Positions 20,449-30,781 of a DNA stretch of 64,000 nt are shown in pieces. How positions within the stretch are numbered: the stretch's first letter is position 1; the number at the start of each line of letters is the position of its first letter. The translations under genes and the position numbers were made by a program. The notes beneath the pieces are model-generated. The model saw only the letters and a program-made list of their open reading frames with translations. It ran no database searches and had not been told where the DNA came from. The DNA is from Bacteroidia bacterium (GTDB taxonomy: Bacteria; Bacteroidota; Bacteroidia; Palsa-965), in assembly GCA_038237845.1 (NCBI GenBank), contig JBBRYH010000012.1, positions 3,807-67,806 of the forward strand, in the 5' to 3' direction.

Positions 20449-21081
20449 CTATTTTTTCTTGGCGATAATTATCAAATGAATAGCTGGCGCTTTTGGAGCT
20501 TGATCATAATCAATTCGCTGTAGCATTTCGATTTCAAAATTTGCTTCCTTTAGGTATTCCTGCAAATAAGTTATTTCATGATAATAAATAAATATTTTGT
20601 CTCCAGTACTGCCGGTCAAGAATTCTGATTTGTCATAACTATCTTCAATCAAACTGAAGTATAATATTCCGCCTTTGATTAAAAGGTTGGAGCTGTCTTT
20701 TATAAATTTGTAACAATCCTCTTTCGTAAGATAAGGAATACAAAATCCGCACAAAATAGCATCGAACTGTTCTTTTATATTATGAATTTCCCTACAATCC
20801 ATTAAACTAAAAGTAGCAGTAGGATTGTTTTCTTTAGCATGACGAATCATGTTTGGCGCCATGTCAATCCCATGAATTTTAAAATCATTTCGCTTTGCCA
20901 GAATATATTTTGTAATATTTCCTGGACCACAACCAATTTCTAAAATCGAGGGATTTTGTTTTTCAATAAGTAGACAAAATAAATCGTAGGAATTATTATA
21001 CAAATCCAAATACATGAACTTGTCCTGATACGCCTCTGCAACCTTATTGTAAATCTGAAATGTATTTTCGTAATTATCCAT
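20449..21081 (-). CDS. Class I SAM-dependent methyltransferase (small-molecule type)
   Basis: Motif I (ILEIGCGPGNITKYI). It is convergent with the helicase gene, with a 7-bp gap between them. Confidence 0.8.
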   Translation of the reverse strand: MDNYENTFQIYNKVAEAYQDKFMYLDLYNNSYDLFCLLIEKQNPSILEIGCGPGNITKYILAKRNDFKIHGIDMAPNMIRHAKENNPTATFSLMDCREIHNIKEQFDAILCGFCIPYLTKEDCYKFIKDSSNLLIKGGILYFSLIEDSYDKSEFLTGSTGDKIFIYYHEITYLQEYLKEANFEIEMLQRIDYDQAPKAPAIHLIIIAKKK

Positions 21082-21102
21082 AACACGTTTCTAAAAAATC
21101 TA

Positions 21103-23607
21103 CTAATTCAGAATTATGGATTGTGATAAGGTGCGTTCATCCTGCAAAATAGAAATCGAATAAAATCCTTTTGGAAATGTGCTTAAATCGATTGATTGAT
21201 GTAATTGCATGGTTCCAGAATTATCAATTTTCAATACTTCTTCTCCATATACATTATAGATTCTAATTTGAATCGGGCGGTTTGAAGTGGAAGAATAATT
21301 CAAATTCACAATTCCATTTGATGGATTAGGATAAACGTTGAGGCTCGTTTTATTTGATGTAGGAATTGATTGAACTCCAAGGGGATTAACTAGATCTGTT
21401 TCCCAGATTCCTCTTCCGAAAGTGGCAACGCGAAGTTTACGAGTTGGATAATAAATCTGCAGATCCTGTGCTGATGTTTTTGGAAGTCCTGTATTATAGG
21501 ACTGCCAAACATTTGTGATGGTATCGCGATAATACACACCAGCATCCGTTGCTACATAAATTAAATTGTCACTTCCATTTTCATACATACAAGAATTCGT
21601 TGAAACATTTGGAAGGCCAACTGACATATTCGTCCAAGTGGTTCCGCCATTAATTGATTTCTGAACTTTAAATGATCCGGAATATCCTGCTCGTGTAATC
21701 CAAAGTTGATTTGGATTGTTTGGATGAATAGCAATCGAAGTAACAACGCGCGAACCGCCACCAGGATTTAATGTTGTCCATGTTACACCCAGATCATGTG
21801 TTCTATAAATAACTCCTGCTGCCGAACAATAAATTGTATTTGGATCTGATGGAGCAACTGCAATACAATCCAATGTGGTACCACCTGCAATATTGTTACT
21901 TAAAGCTGTCCATGTCGCTCCCTGATCAGCGCTTCTCCACACATCATCATATCCTGCAATAATTGAATAATGATCGGAAGGGTCAATTACAAATGGTGTA
22001 ACCCAATTTCCATTAGGTCTTCCGCCAGGAATATTCGCACTGATTTCATTATAATAATCATTCGTCCATTGATCGTAAGAACGATAAAGAACACCATTAC
22101 AATAGGTAGTGTAAATTGTATTTTCATCAGTAGGATCTACCGCAACTGCCATGGCGTCTCCTCCGTTGGTGCTTTTCCAGGTTCCATTATTTAATCTCAT
22201 TCTTCCACCGTTATCCTGTGTTCCACCTATAATCATCATCGGGTTATAAGTTGAACCCGCAATTTTATAAAACTGGGTAATAATTAATCCATTAGAAATA
22301 TTTCCCCAGTTGCTGGTGCTTTCTGTGAAATGATAAAGTCCTCCATCATTTGAGAAATAAAGTTTGTCCGGATTTATTGGATTTGATGCTACGTTATGTT
22401 GATCCGCGTGAACCTCATGGTAAGGAGGATTATTGTACCACCATGTTAAGGTGTCCCAGGTTGCGCCATTGTTGACCGACTGTTCAATAAATAGTCCTCC
22501 TACATACATTTTATTTTCATCTGTTGGTGAAATAAATAAAATTGCATTTTCAGGACAATCGGAAACATAGGCGAGATTACTACCGTAGGTTGTAGAAAGA
22601 TACAACGGACGATTACCATCGGAGCATTGAACGGCAAGTTTTGCTGGATTAGCGGGAGTAACGGCAATGCGAATGAAATTATACTGTGTTGCAAAAGTGG
22701 AAAGTTGAATCCAAGTCATACCACCATCAATAGAACGATACACTTCGCTCGAACCCCAATAATCATTTGTTGCAGTGTAAATATTTGAAGTGCCGGGTTC
22801 AAAAGCTAAGTCAGAATGATCTCCAACTTGCACAACATTCCAGCTTGTTCCGCCATTTGTAGTTTTATAGAGTCCTGCTGTGGTTGCAGCATAAATTACT
22901 TGAGAATTTAATGGATCCATCACCATTTTAGCAATAGCATTTCCTTGAACTAGTGTCCAAGATAGACCAGTCGTATTCCAGGTTGCACCGCCATCAATAC
23001 TTTTGTAAACACCAATACTGTATGACCACCAACCTGAATTATCACCTACTGAAATGTAAATTGTATTTGGACTTGTAGGATCAACTAAACAACTTCCTAC
23101 GCTTACATAGGGTAATGCATCCGTCAACGGAGTATATGAACCTCCGCCGTTTGTTGTTTTCCAAAGTCCGCCGATAGGCGCACCTACATAAAACTTATTC
23201 GGATCTGTTGGGTCAAATGCAATGCATGTTGTTCGGCCCATTCCATTGTATCCGCCAACAGCTGTAGTTTGAGAAATATTTGTCCAGTTAGCATTTGCTA
23301 CTTGTTGATTTGAATTCAAATTCATTCTCGCTGCAGAAATATCATGAAAATTTCCATTATCATCTACGCGAGTATGCCAATACCATTTCCATCTTTGGTA
23401 TTCCATGAATTCATCATCAACAAATGGAGGAGCGTTGTTGGTTTGTAAAGTTGGAACTGCAGGATGCTGAGCGAAATAAGCATCAGCCTTTGTGCAAATC
23501 TGAAAATAATTATCACTTGGAATAATTCCTGCACGTTGTTTCATTTCCTGTGCAAAAAGGGAGCAAACCGAGAATATTAGGAGAAGGCTTGTAGTGAATT
23601 TTTTCAT
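21103..23607 (-). CDS. BNR/Asp-box repeat (sortilin/VPS10-like glycosidase-like) secreted protein with a T9SS C-terminal sorting domain
   Basis: Repeated GG(A/T/M)(T/S)W(N/T) motifs (GGATWNTTGL, GGTSWN, GGMTWIQL, NGATWDTL, QGATWTAL, LGVTWTTL, GGTTWTNM). C-terminal CTD (NVYPNPSNGIVNLNY...SIILN). The track ORF extends to 23667. The probable ATG is at 23607 (MKKFTTSLLLIFSVCSLFAQ). Confidence 0.8.
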   Translation of the reverse strand: MKKFTTSLLLIFSVCSLFAQEMKQRAGIIPSDNYFQICTKADAYFAQHPAVPTLQTNNAPPFVDDEFMEYQRWKWYWHTRVDDNGNFHDISAARMNLNSNQQVANANWTNISQTTAVGGYNGMGRTTCIAFDPTDPNKFYVGAPIGGLWKTTNGGGSYTPLTDALPYVSVGSCLVDPTSPNTIYISVGDNSGWWSYSIGVYKSIDGGATWNTTGLSWTLVQGNAIAKMVMDPLNSQVIYAATTAGLYKTTNGGTSWNVVQVGDHSDLAFEPGTSNIYTATNDYWGSSEVYRSIDGGMTWIQLSTFATQYNFIRIAVTPANPAKLAVQCSDGNRPLYLSTTYGSNLAYVSDCPENAILFISPTDENKMYVGGLFIEQSVNNGATWDTLTWWYNNPPYHEVHADQHNVASNPINPDKLYFSNDGGLYHFTESTSNWGNISNGLIITQFYKIAGSTYNPMMIIGGTQDNGGRMRLNNGTWKSTNGGDAMAVAVDPTDENTIYTTYCNGVLYRSYDQWTNDYYNEISANIPGGRPNGNWVTPFVIDPSDHYSIIAGYDDVWRSADQGATWTALSNNIAGGTTLDCIAVAPSDPNTIYCSAAGVIYRTHDLGVTWTTLNPGGGSRVVTSIAIHPNNPNQLWITRAGYSGSFKVQKSINGGTTWTNMSVGLPNVSTNSCMYENGSDNLIYVATDAGVYYRDTITNVWQSYNTGLPKTSAQDLQIYYPTRKLRVATFGRGIWETDLVNPLGVQSIPTSNKTSLNVYPNPSNGIVNLNYSSTSNRPIQIRIYNVYGEEVLKIDNSGTMQLHQSIDLSTFPKGFYSISILQDERTLSQSIILN

Positions 23608-23756
23608 CCTGCAAATTAGCAAATTTTCAGATTCATGCATGTTTGCAAATAGTTCAATTGAACCCATTTATTTGCGTATTCAAACCATTCCTAGTCGTTT
23701 ATTGATTGGTTTTTAGAGAGGTTCAAAATAGATCAATATTCCATTCTTAAAATAAA

Positions 23757-24107
23757 TTAACGACCTTTTTTAATTGTATAAATTATCGGTGAACTTTCTG
23801 GAACTCTTGTGATGAATTTATTTGCCTCCAAATCGAGTTTGACCCATTCCAAATGCCATTGAAGTGAACCTTCAAATTTTATTTTATTCTTTTTGAAATC
23901 CTTTTCGATTGACTTCCACATTTCAGTGTGTGAAGCATCGCCATTTGTTTTCAGATATTTTAAAAGTGCTTTTTTAAGTAATTCATATTTCGACTTATCC
24001 ATTTTGATGGCTTTCTTACCTTGCGGATGAGTAAGCTGAAGTTTCGTTTCCATTTTAAATTTATTTAAATTAAAATTAATTAAATTCTTCCCAAGAAATT
24101 TTGCCAT
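23757..24107 (-). CDS. Small hypothetical protein. The true start is possibly the internal METKLQL.
   Basis: Track ORF only. It overlaps the upstream lipoprotein gene by 32 nt. Confidence 0.4.
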   Translation of the reverse strand: MAKFLGKNLINFNLNKFKMETKLQLTHPQGKKAIKMDKSKYELLKKALLKYLKTNGDASHTEMWKSIEKDFKKNKIKFEGSLQWHLEWVKLDLEANKFITRVPESSPIIYTIKKGR

Positions 24108-24837
24108 TCAATTTAGTTTCTTTCTTTTTCATTTCCTTAAGCGTATTTCCATTTTCTGACAAGTCATATTTGAATTTGGTTAATCCAATTACACTTCTAA
24201 TTGGTTTGTCTTGTCCGAGCTCATAAATAAAAATGTTTTGTCTGTGTTCTGAAAAGTGAGCTTCAAAGTTGGGACCATCTGCACTTCCCATATTCCAAAC
24301 TCCTTCCAAAACCAATAATTTATTTCCCGTAATGTTGCTTTCCCAGAATGTCAATTCATTCATCGGACAAACTTCTTGTAAAGAAATTTCGGTAGCTGTT
24401 TTTAAGTAAAAAATTATTCCACCAAATCCTGAACCTCCATAAATATTAGTTAAATCAATAATAAAACCATCTTTCGCTATTTGCTCCACCCTTCCGACAG
24501 AATTATAATTAAATGTAGAATCGAAAATTGTCTTTTGATTCTCTGTGTTAACTATTCGAACTGTTGTCATTAATTCACCATCACTAGCTGGAGAAAAAGT
24601 TTGGTGTGTGAACAGCAGGTGACAATGTTTTGGACCGATTTGAATGGCATAAATAGAATCAGAAATTAATCGAAATGCAGTATTTGTATCAATTATTAAA
24701 TTATTTATATCTGTATTCAATGTTGGATTTATTGGGACCGTGGAATCTGAACTTGTTGATTTTTCATTTTCCATTGAGCAACTGAAAATAGTAAAACATA
24801 CTAGAAATGTGACTGCCAAAAAGTTTACTATTTTCAT
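24076..24837 (-). CDS. Hypothetical lipoprotein (253 aa)
   Basis: ATG start and a signal peptide with lipobox FSCS. Confidence 0.6.
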   Translation of the reverse strand: MKIVNFLAVTFLVCFTIFSCSMENEKSTSSDSTVPINPTLNTDINNLIIDTNTAFRLISDSIYAIQIGPKHCHLLFTHQTFSPASDGELMTTVRIVNTENQKTIFDSTFNYNSVGRVEQIAKDGFIIDLTNIYGGSGFGGIIFYLKTATEISLQEVCPMNELTFWESNITGNKLLVLEGVWNMGSADGPNFEAHFSEHRQNIFIYELGQDKPIRSVIGLTKFKYDLSENGNTLKEMKKKETKLNGKISWEEFN

Positions 24838-24851
24838 TTGTTTCTGTTTTT

Positions 24852-24883
24852 AAAAAAAGAGGCAGAGAATTATTCCCTGCCTC
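24852..24883 (-). terminator. Rho-independent terminator downstream of the alpha-2-macroglobulin gene
   Basis: Stem gaggcag/ctgcctc. On the minus strand it is followed by T7. Confidence 0.6.
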
Positions 24884-24909
24884 TTGTTCAGATTTCTATT
24901 TCAATTCAT

Positions 24910-27900
24910 TTATAGTGGTCTCGATTCTGGAACAACATCAACCCATTGACCTGCTTTTCTTGCATTGATAGAATGATCATACATTGCTTCGCAATAGAAA
25001 GCAGGTAAATAGAAATGTCCCGAATATGTTGCATTTAATTGCAAGGTGTAAGTACGAGACTTTTGAGGTCCGATGTAGAAGTAAGTATACACACGATCAT
25101 CACGGATGTCCTGATAATCATAAGCATCATTTTTCAGTATAGATGGACCTTCTTCCATTCGTTCATTTCGAATTTCCCAACCGGAAGGGAAAATTTCTGT
25201 TAACGCCATTTCTCTATAATCACCTCGTGTACCCGGATTATAAATAGTTATGGTCGCAAGGAAATCTGTACCCTGTTCAATCTTTGTCGGATCGAGAACA
25301 GTACCGCTCATTGTTAAGAATTGACAAGTCATTCCAAGATTGCTTTCGGAATCAGTTTCTTTTCCTGCTGCTGGAACTCCATTCAAAATCATTCGGACAA
25401 ATAAAGTGTTGCTACCATTATTTTTCACAGAAAGTTTTCCGCCTTTGGTTCCCATTAATTTCATATCAACAGTTGAAACTACTTCTTTGCCATTAATACT
25501 TCCTGGAACTTTATTGATCGTATAATCACAATTAATCCCTGCAGTAGTTTTATCCGCACCCGAGAATTTACAAAGTGCAATCAAACTATAGGCAGTCGAT
25601 TGGGTGCTCATCCAATAATTCTTTTTATTCAAGGTCTCAGAAACTAATTTTGCAATTGGTGCAGCTTTCGTTCGCATGACTCCACCCATTATACTCATTG
25701 TTTCTAAAATCATTGCTTCATCACGATCAGAATTTCCATAACTATAAGAAAGTTCTGTATATGTAGGAATAGTGGTAGTTAGTCCTGCAACAATTTGTTT
25801 TGCAATTTCTCCTTGGCCAGCCAATTGATAAGCTGCTGCTAATCTCCATTTAGCTGAAACACTCAAAGATTTTACTTCTCGCAATCTATTCATCGCACCA
25901 AGTTCAGGAGCTTTTGCAAGAGCAAGAGTGTATAATCGATAGGCCTGAATCAAATCGTCGTTGTAATAATAATACCGATCATAACGAGGGGTCCAATTAA
26001 TTGCTTGTTCCTTTTGGAATCTCTTCCATCCATCAATTAATTCTGCGGGTAATGTATAACCTTTGATTTCTGCTTCCAATAAGAAATGCCCAGCATAATT
26101 ACTTCCCCATTCACTCGCAGAATTTTCTCCTGGCCAATAAGAAAGTCCACCAGAAGTAGTTTGGAAATTTTTCAAACGGGAAATTCCTGCTTTAATGTTA
26201 GCATCTATATTTGCTTTCTTTTTATCATCCAACTTCATTAAATCAGTTAAATAAAGTTGAGGGAAAACAGAAGAAGTAGTTTGCTCCACACAACCATGCG
26301 GATACATGATTAAATAATTTAATCGTTCGCCCATGTTTAATGGTGGAACTGTACTTACTTCTACGGTTCCAACATTTGTGCCGTTGACACCAATTGGTGT
26401 ATAATCAGATGACCAAGACTTTCCGGGATCGAGTACCGTTTCATACGCATCAGTCATTGTGGTATTGGGATTTCTAACATCCAATTCAATGTTATATTCT
26501 GCACGTTCGCCTCCACCAGTTGCAACAATTTTTACAGTGCCTAATCCGGCAGCGTCAGCAACTTTCAAATGAAAGACAACTACATTATCGCCAATATCTT
26601 TGAAAGAAGTTGATTGTGTAGCACCGCCTTCAACAGTAAATAAATTATTTGGAGTGATCGTTACACTTACATTTTTAACTTTCTTCTCCATAGCAAAAAC
26701 ATCTACAGGAAGATCAACGGTCTCGCCTGGTCCAACGACACGTGGCAATGTTCCAAGTATCATCAATGGTTTTCTTACAGGCACCGTTTTTTCTGCACTT
26801 CCATAGGCGGTGCTTAATCCTGTTATTACCATTACACGAACAGAACCAACATAATTCGGCATCATAAATTTCTGTACCTGATGTTCGCCAGCTTTCAATT
26901 CAAATGGTCCTATAAATTTCACCATTGGTTTAAATCGATTTGCTTTTTGTCCACCTGATTTTCCATTTTCTCCATCACCACCAATTCCAAGTACATGTTC
27001 CATTTCTGCTCCATATGCACCCATGACCATGTCATACATATCCCAGGTTTTTACACCTAATGCTTCACGCGCATAAAAATTGGCCCACGGATCAGGTGTT
27101 TTAAAATGTGTGATATCTAACAAACCTTCATCTACAATTGCTAAGGTGTAGGTCATTGGTTTTCCATCTTTTTCAGAAACGTTTATACTTGCTATTTCTT
27201 CAGGTTTCCAAACAGGTGAAGTAACCAAAACTGGATTTAAATGCGTTGTTGGATCCTCAACTTCAATTGGAATTACGCCGTACATTCTAATAGGAGCATC
27301 GTTTATAGTTTGCGCATGAGGTTGAATCAATGTTACATGAACATAAATGTTCGGAGCCATTTCTGAAGTAATTGGAAGGGTGTAAGTAATGTTTCCCTTT
27401 TCAGCACTCGAAGCCCAGAAGGCATTGATAATTTTTGAACCATTTTCAACACTAATCAAAGCTCGGCCTTGTCCTGGTGAAGGAATAGTAAGTGTCATGG
27501 TTTCTCCAACATTATATTTTACTTTATCAGACGAAAATTGCAACAGACTTGCGATGTCCATATTATTAGCACCTGTTCCTTCCCAATAGGGCCAATCCAT
27601 CCAAGCAAGGGTAGAAGTAGAGTGCCCACTTTCATCATCTGTAACTCGAATTAAATAGCGACCATAATCTTCATTCTTTACATTCAAAGTAAATTTCCCA
27701 AAACCATTTTTTGTAGAAATAGTTTCTTCTTGAATTGGACTATAATATTCGCTGCTCACATAACGGGAGAGATTATCATAATCATCACTCCACCACCAAC
27801 GCCAATCCACTTTATAAACCTTGACAGTAACTTTTTCTCTTGAAACAGCTTTTCCGTTTTTGTCAACAGAAGCAACACGAATATTCCAATCTTTTCCTGT

Positions 27901-30531
27901 CTCCAACATTCCTCCCCAACCATCGCCTTTTGGAACAAGTATTCCCACATAATTTTCATAAGGAGAATAATTGACAGAAAAACGATCTACACTAAAAGCA
28001 CCACCTTCTTCAAATACTCTTGTATTGAAAGAGGCACGAAGCATTCCCGGTGCATCTGTTGCATTTAATTGCGGAGAAAATTCTGCTTTTCCATTTTCAT
28101 CTAATCGACCATCAAAAATGGTTTTATTTTCTGAACTAAAATTAGTTGCGACATCATCAAAAATATAATTGTCATAACCTTTAAATGTAGTTGTCGCTTG
28201 ATACAAACTTACATCTACTTGCGTTTTTAGATTTTTCGCAATAGCGCCATTAAGCCATTTTGATTCGATGTTTATTTTTTGATCTGGGTTATTGGAAAGT
28301 GATGTCACATTTCCATAATTCATATTTATTTTCAAACGATTCGGCATAATCGTTTCTACTTTCAAATCTTTCGTGAAAATGGCACCACCTACTTTTACGC
28401 GACAAGTCCATGTTCCAGTTGGAGCTTCGGGATCTGTTGGTGTTGTGAAATTGTAAAATCCATTTAGAGATTGCGTTTTTACAACACGGCTTAATAATTG
28501 TCCTCGGGCATTCATTAATTCGAATGTTACTGGATGTGTAGCAGGAAGCATGTTTTGTTTGTCTTCCAAAATAAAATTGAGGAACAATGTATCGCCTGGA
28601 CGCCAAACGCCGCGTTCACCATAAATAAATCCTTTTAAACCTTTTTGCACACTTGCTCCAGAAACATCAAATGCACTAACTGAAAGTGAAGAGCCGTCAT
28701 CTAATTTTAAATATCCTCTTTGTGTTCCACTTTTTGCAACGAGAAGAAATGGTTTCTTTTTTGGAAGAGAAATTTTTGCAAATCCATCTACACTTGATTT
28801 TGTTGTTGCCAGAAGTTGATGTTGGAAATCATATACTTCGAGTACTGCTCCATCCACAGGATTAGTGGTGATGAGATCGTTAACAACAAAAAGCATGGAT
28901 CCGTCATTTCCGCGTTTAGCTAATAGTCCAAGATCAGAAGCAATAATATTGCTACTTACTGATTTTCCATAATAGTAGGAGTTTTCGCAAGGGTCGCCGT
29001 TATCGCCATCTTCATAGTAATAATAACTATCACCTTCATCATAATAATCGCCTCCATAATATCCGTAACTCCCAACATTCCCATAATCATCATCGTCCTC
29101 GGAAAATTGGTTTTCAGCAACTTCATCTGTATTTGTTTTCTTTACGGTGTCGTTGTCACAAGCATAAACAGCGTAGTTTTTTTTGAAGCTGATAGAAACT
29201 CTGTATATAGCACCTGGTTCTGTTTTAATTAAATCTGCCATGTCGAGCGAATAATTGCACCAACGTCCATAATCTGATTGGCTTTTTACATTGAGGTCAA
29301 TTTTTTTCTTGACCACTACTTTGCCAACTCGATATAATTCCTGATTTCCACTTAGTGCATTCACTTGTAAAAACTGTGGAATATTGTTTTCGTAAATGCG
29401 AATTATTTTTACATCGACGGATTTTAAACTCACCGCCTGAAATGGAAACAAAAGTCCTTTTCCGCTATTTGGAAGAATAATTCCCTTGCCTACAAGTTTT
29501 ACTTGAGGTTTTAGTTCTTCGAAGGAAAGTGATTGTGTAAAAGTATTCGGCAATGGAAATCCTAAAATATTTTTGATTCCTTGCGAAACAGTTACTGGGT
29601 AAGTTCCTGTCAGTGTATTTTCTGGATAAACTTTGATATCGTTATCTTCAATAGTAAATTTTAAACCAGCTTCAGCACCCTTTAGTGAAACCAATCCGTC
29701 AAGATTTTGTTTTTCAGCAATAGGATCTGAAAATTCAACAACGATACATTGTTCTTGTCCTTGCAAAACACGAACGTCTGTTACTTTAAAATCTTTCAAT
29801 GAAGGAATTGTAATTTTTTCGCTCTTTTGGACGTCAACTCCTAAAGCTTTTCCATCCCACATCAATTCTACAATTCCTTCCTTATCTCTTCTGACAATAC
29901 TGTCAACTGTGAAAGTATGTGTGACATTATCTCCCTCGTGTACCCAATGAATAGATAAATTTTTATTGTCTTGCTTAATAGTTAAAAGTTGTTCAACTAA
30001 TTTTGAATCTGCTGCGTCTGCTGTTAAAAGTGTGCCTGTTAATTGTTGTTGACGCATCGTTTTTTTATCGGTGGTTCGCATTTTGTCAATGGTTACACTT
30101 AAACCTTGCTTCATGGTAAGGAATCCGAATTTCATAACTGACAATTCGCTTGGAAGATCTGTTATCAATTTATTAATTTGAAATTCTGCATTGAATACCT
30201 GATCAGAAGCCAATCTTTTTGAAGGTCGAAATTCTAAAGTGCGGTTGTCCAGCCAATATGTTTTTCCTTCAATTGCTGGGTCAAAAGAAAAATAAATTTC
30301 TTCAACAGGTTTATCGAAAGTAATAGGTCCAGTATAATCATTGGCCAAACTAACTCTGATAAAAGATTCATTTGAAATGGTACCAGAAGTAAATGCGGAT
30401 ACATAAGCACTGAAAGCTGGATTTACTTTAGTGATTTGTATTGCAGAATCACTGCGATGTGAAATGAAAGGAATGGCAACCATTGTGAGTACAACAATTG
30501 CGGCAATTGCGAGGATTACGCGTCTGGACAT
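24910..30531 (-). CDS. Alpha-2-macroglobulin-family protein (1873 aa) with an N-terminal membrane anchor and a thioester-type CxEQ motif
   Basis: N-terminal hydrophobic helix (ILAIAAIVVLTMVAIPFI). Thioester region YPHGCVEQTTSS. An acidic Tyr-rich low-complexity insert is encoded around 28985-29103. Confidence 0.85.
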   Translation of the reverse strand: MSRRVILAIAAIVVLTMVAIPFISHRSDSAIQITKVNPAFSAYVSAFTSGTISNESFIRVSLANDYTGPITFDKPVEEIYFSFDPAIEGKTYWLDNRTLEFRPSKRLASDQVFNAEFQINKLITDLPSELSVMKFGFLTMKQGLSVTIDKMRTTDKKTMRQQQLTGTLLTADAADSKLVEQLLTIKQDNKNLSIHWVHEGDNVTHTFTVDSIVRRDKEGIVELMWDGKALGVDVQKSEKITIPSLKDFKVTDVRVLQGQEQCIVVEFSDPIAEKQNLDGLVSLKGAEAGLKFTIEDNDIKVYPENTLTGTYPVTVSQGIKNILGFPLPNTFTQSLSFEELKPQVKLVGKGIILPNSGKGLLFPFQAVSLKSVDVKIIRIYENNIPQFLQVNALSGNQELYRVGKVVVKKKIDLNVKSQSDYGRWCNYSLDMADLIKTEPGAIYRVSISFKKNYAVYACDNDTVKKTNTDEVAENQFSEDDDDYGNVGSYGYYGGDYYDEGDSYYYYEDGDNGDPCENSYYYGKSVSSNIIASDLGLLAKRGNDGSMLFVVNDLITTNPVDGAVLEVYDFQHQLLATTKSSVDGFAKISLPKKKPFLLVAKSGTQRGYLKLDDGSSLSVSAFDVSGASVQKGLKGFIYGERGVWRPGDTLFLNFILEDKQNMLPATHPVTFELMNARGQLLSRVVKTQSLNGFYNFTTPTDPEAPTGTWTCRVKVGGAIFTKDLKVETIMPNRLKINMNYGNVTSLSNNPDQKINIESKWLNGAIAKNLKTQVDVSLYQATTTFKGYDNYIFDDVATNFSSENKTIFDGRLDENGKAEFSPQLNATDAPGMLRASFNTRVFEEGGAFSVDRFSVNYSPYENYVGILVPKGDGWGGMLETGKDWNIRVASVDKNGKAVSREKVTVKVYKVDWRWWWSDDYDNLSRYVSSEYYSPIQEETISTKNGFGKFTLNVKNEDYGRYLIRVTDDESGHSTSTLAWMDWPYWEGTGANNMDIASLLQFSSDKVKYNVGETMTLTIPSPGQGRALISVENGSKIINAFWASSAEKGNITYTLPITSEMAPNIYVHVTLIQPHAQTINDAPIRMYGVIPIEVEDPTTHLNPVLVTSPVWKPEEIASINVSEKDGKPMTYTLAIVDEGLLDITHFKTPDPWANFYAREALGVKTWDMYDMVMGAYGAEMEHVLGIGGDGENGKSGGQKANRFKPMVKFIGPFELKAGEHQVQKFMMPNYVGSVRVMVITGLSTAYGSAEKTVPVRKPLMILGTLPRVVGPGETVDLPVDVFAMEKKVKNVSVTITPNNLFTVEGGATQSTSFKDIGDNVVVFHLKVADAAGLGTVKIVATGGGERAEYNIELDVRNPNTTMTDAYETVLDPGKSWSSDYTPIGVNGTNVGTVEVSTVPPLNMGERLNYLIMYPHGCVEQTTSSVFPQLYLTDLMKLDDKKKANIDANIKAGISRLKNFQTTSGGLSYWPGENSASEWGSNYAGHFLLEAEIKGYTLPAELIDGWKRFQKEQAINWTPRYDRYYYYNDDLIQAYRLYTLALAKAPELGAMNRLREVKSLSVSAKWRLAAAYQLAGQGEIAKQIVAGLTTTIPTYTELSYSYGNSDRDEAMILETMSIMGGVMRTKAAPIAKLVSETLNKKNYWMSTQSTAYSLIALCKFSGADKTTAGINCDYTINKVPGSINGKEVVSTVDMKLMGTKGGKLSVKNNGSNTLFVRMILNGVPAAGKETDSESNLGMTCQFLTMSGTVLDPTKIEQGTDFLATITIYNPGTRGDYREMALTEIFPSGWEIRNERMEEGPSILKNDAYDYQDIRDDRVYTYFYIGPQKSRTYTLQLNATYSGHFYLPAFYCEAMYDHSINARKAGQWVDVVPESRPL

Positions 30532-30781
30532 GTTTTTAGGTTTAGTACTACGAAGCTATACTATTCAGCGAAGATAAGAAGGTTGATGTAGCTTGTATTT
30601 AGCAAGTGTATGGTTCTAATTGATAAGTGAAAAATCGGAGTTTATTTCCGTTGAATTCCTTTGTAAGCTAATACCCTCAATTCAAACTAAATTTAACCCT
30701 TGTCGTCGAAAAAGATGAATTATCTCAATAAAAAATGCTAAATTGGCGAATGGATAGGGACCCATACCTATTCACCTTAAT

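Noticed and set aside
18801-21081. Convergent helicase (ResIII-like) and SAM methyltransferase that might be read as a restriction-modification or defence pair
   Set aside because: The two genes are convergent, not an operon. The methyltransferase is a small-molecule class I enzyme with no DNA-MTase target-recognition or catalytic motifs (no DPPY or PCQ). The helicase lacks any nuclease domain and resembles the repair helicase RadD.
23757-24107. Track translation of this ORF disagrees with my reading of the displayed bases
   Set aside because: The displayed bases imply one extra base near 24000 and one missing near 24060 relative to the track protein. The two shifts compensate, so the frame is restored at both ends. 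I cannot tell whether this is a display or transcription artefact. No biological claim is made, and the gene call is kept at low confidence.
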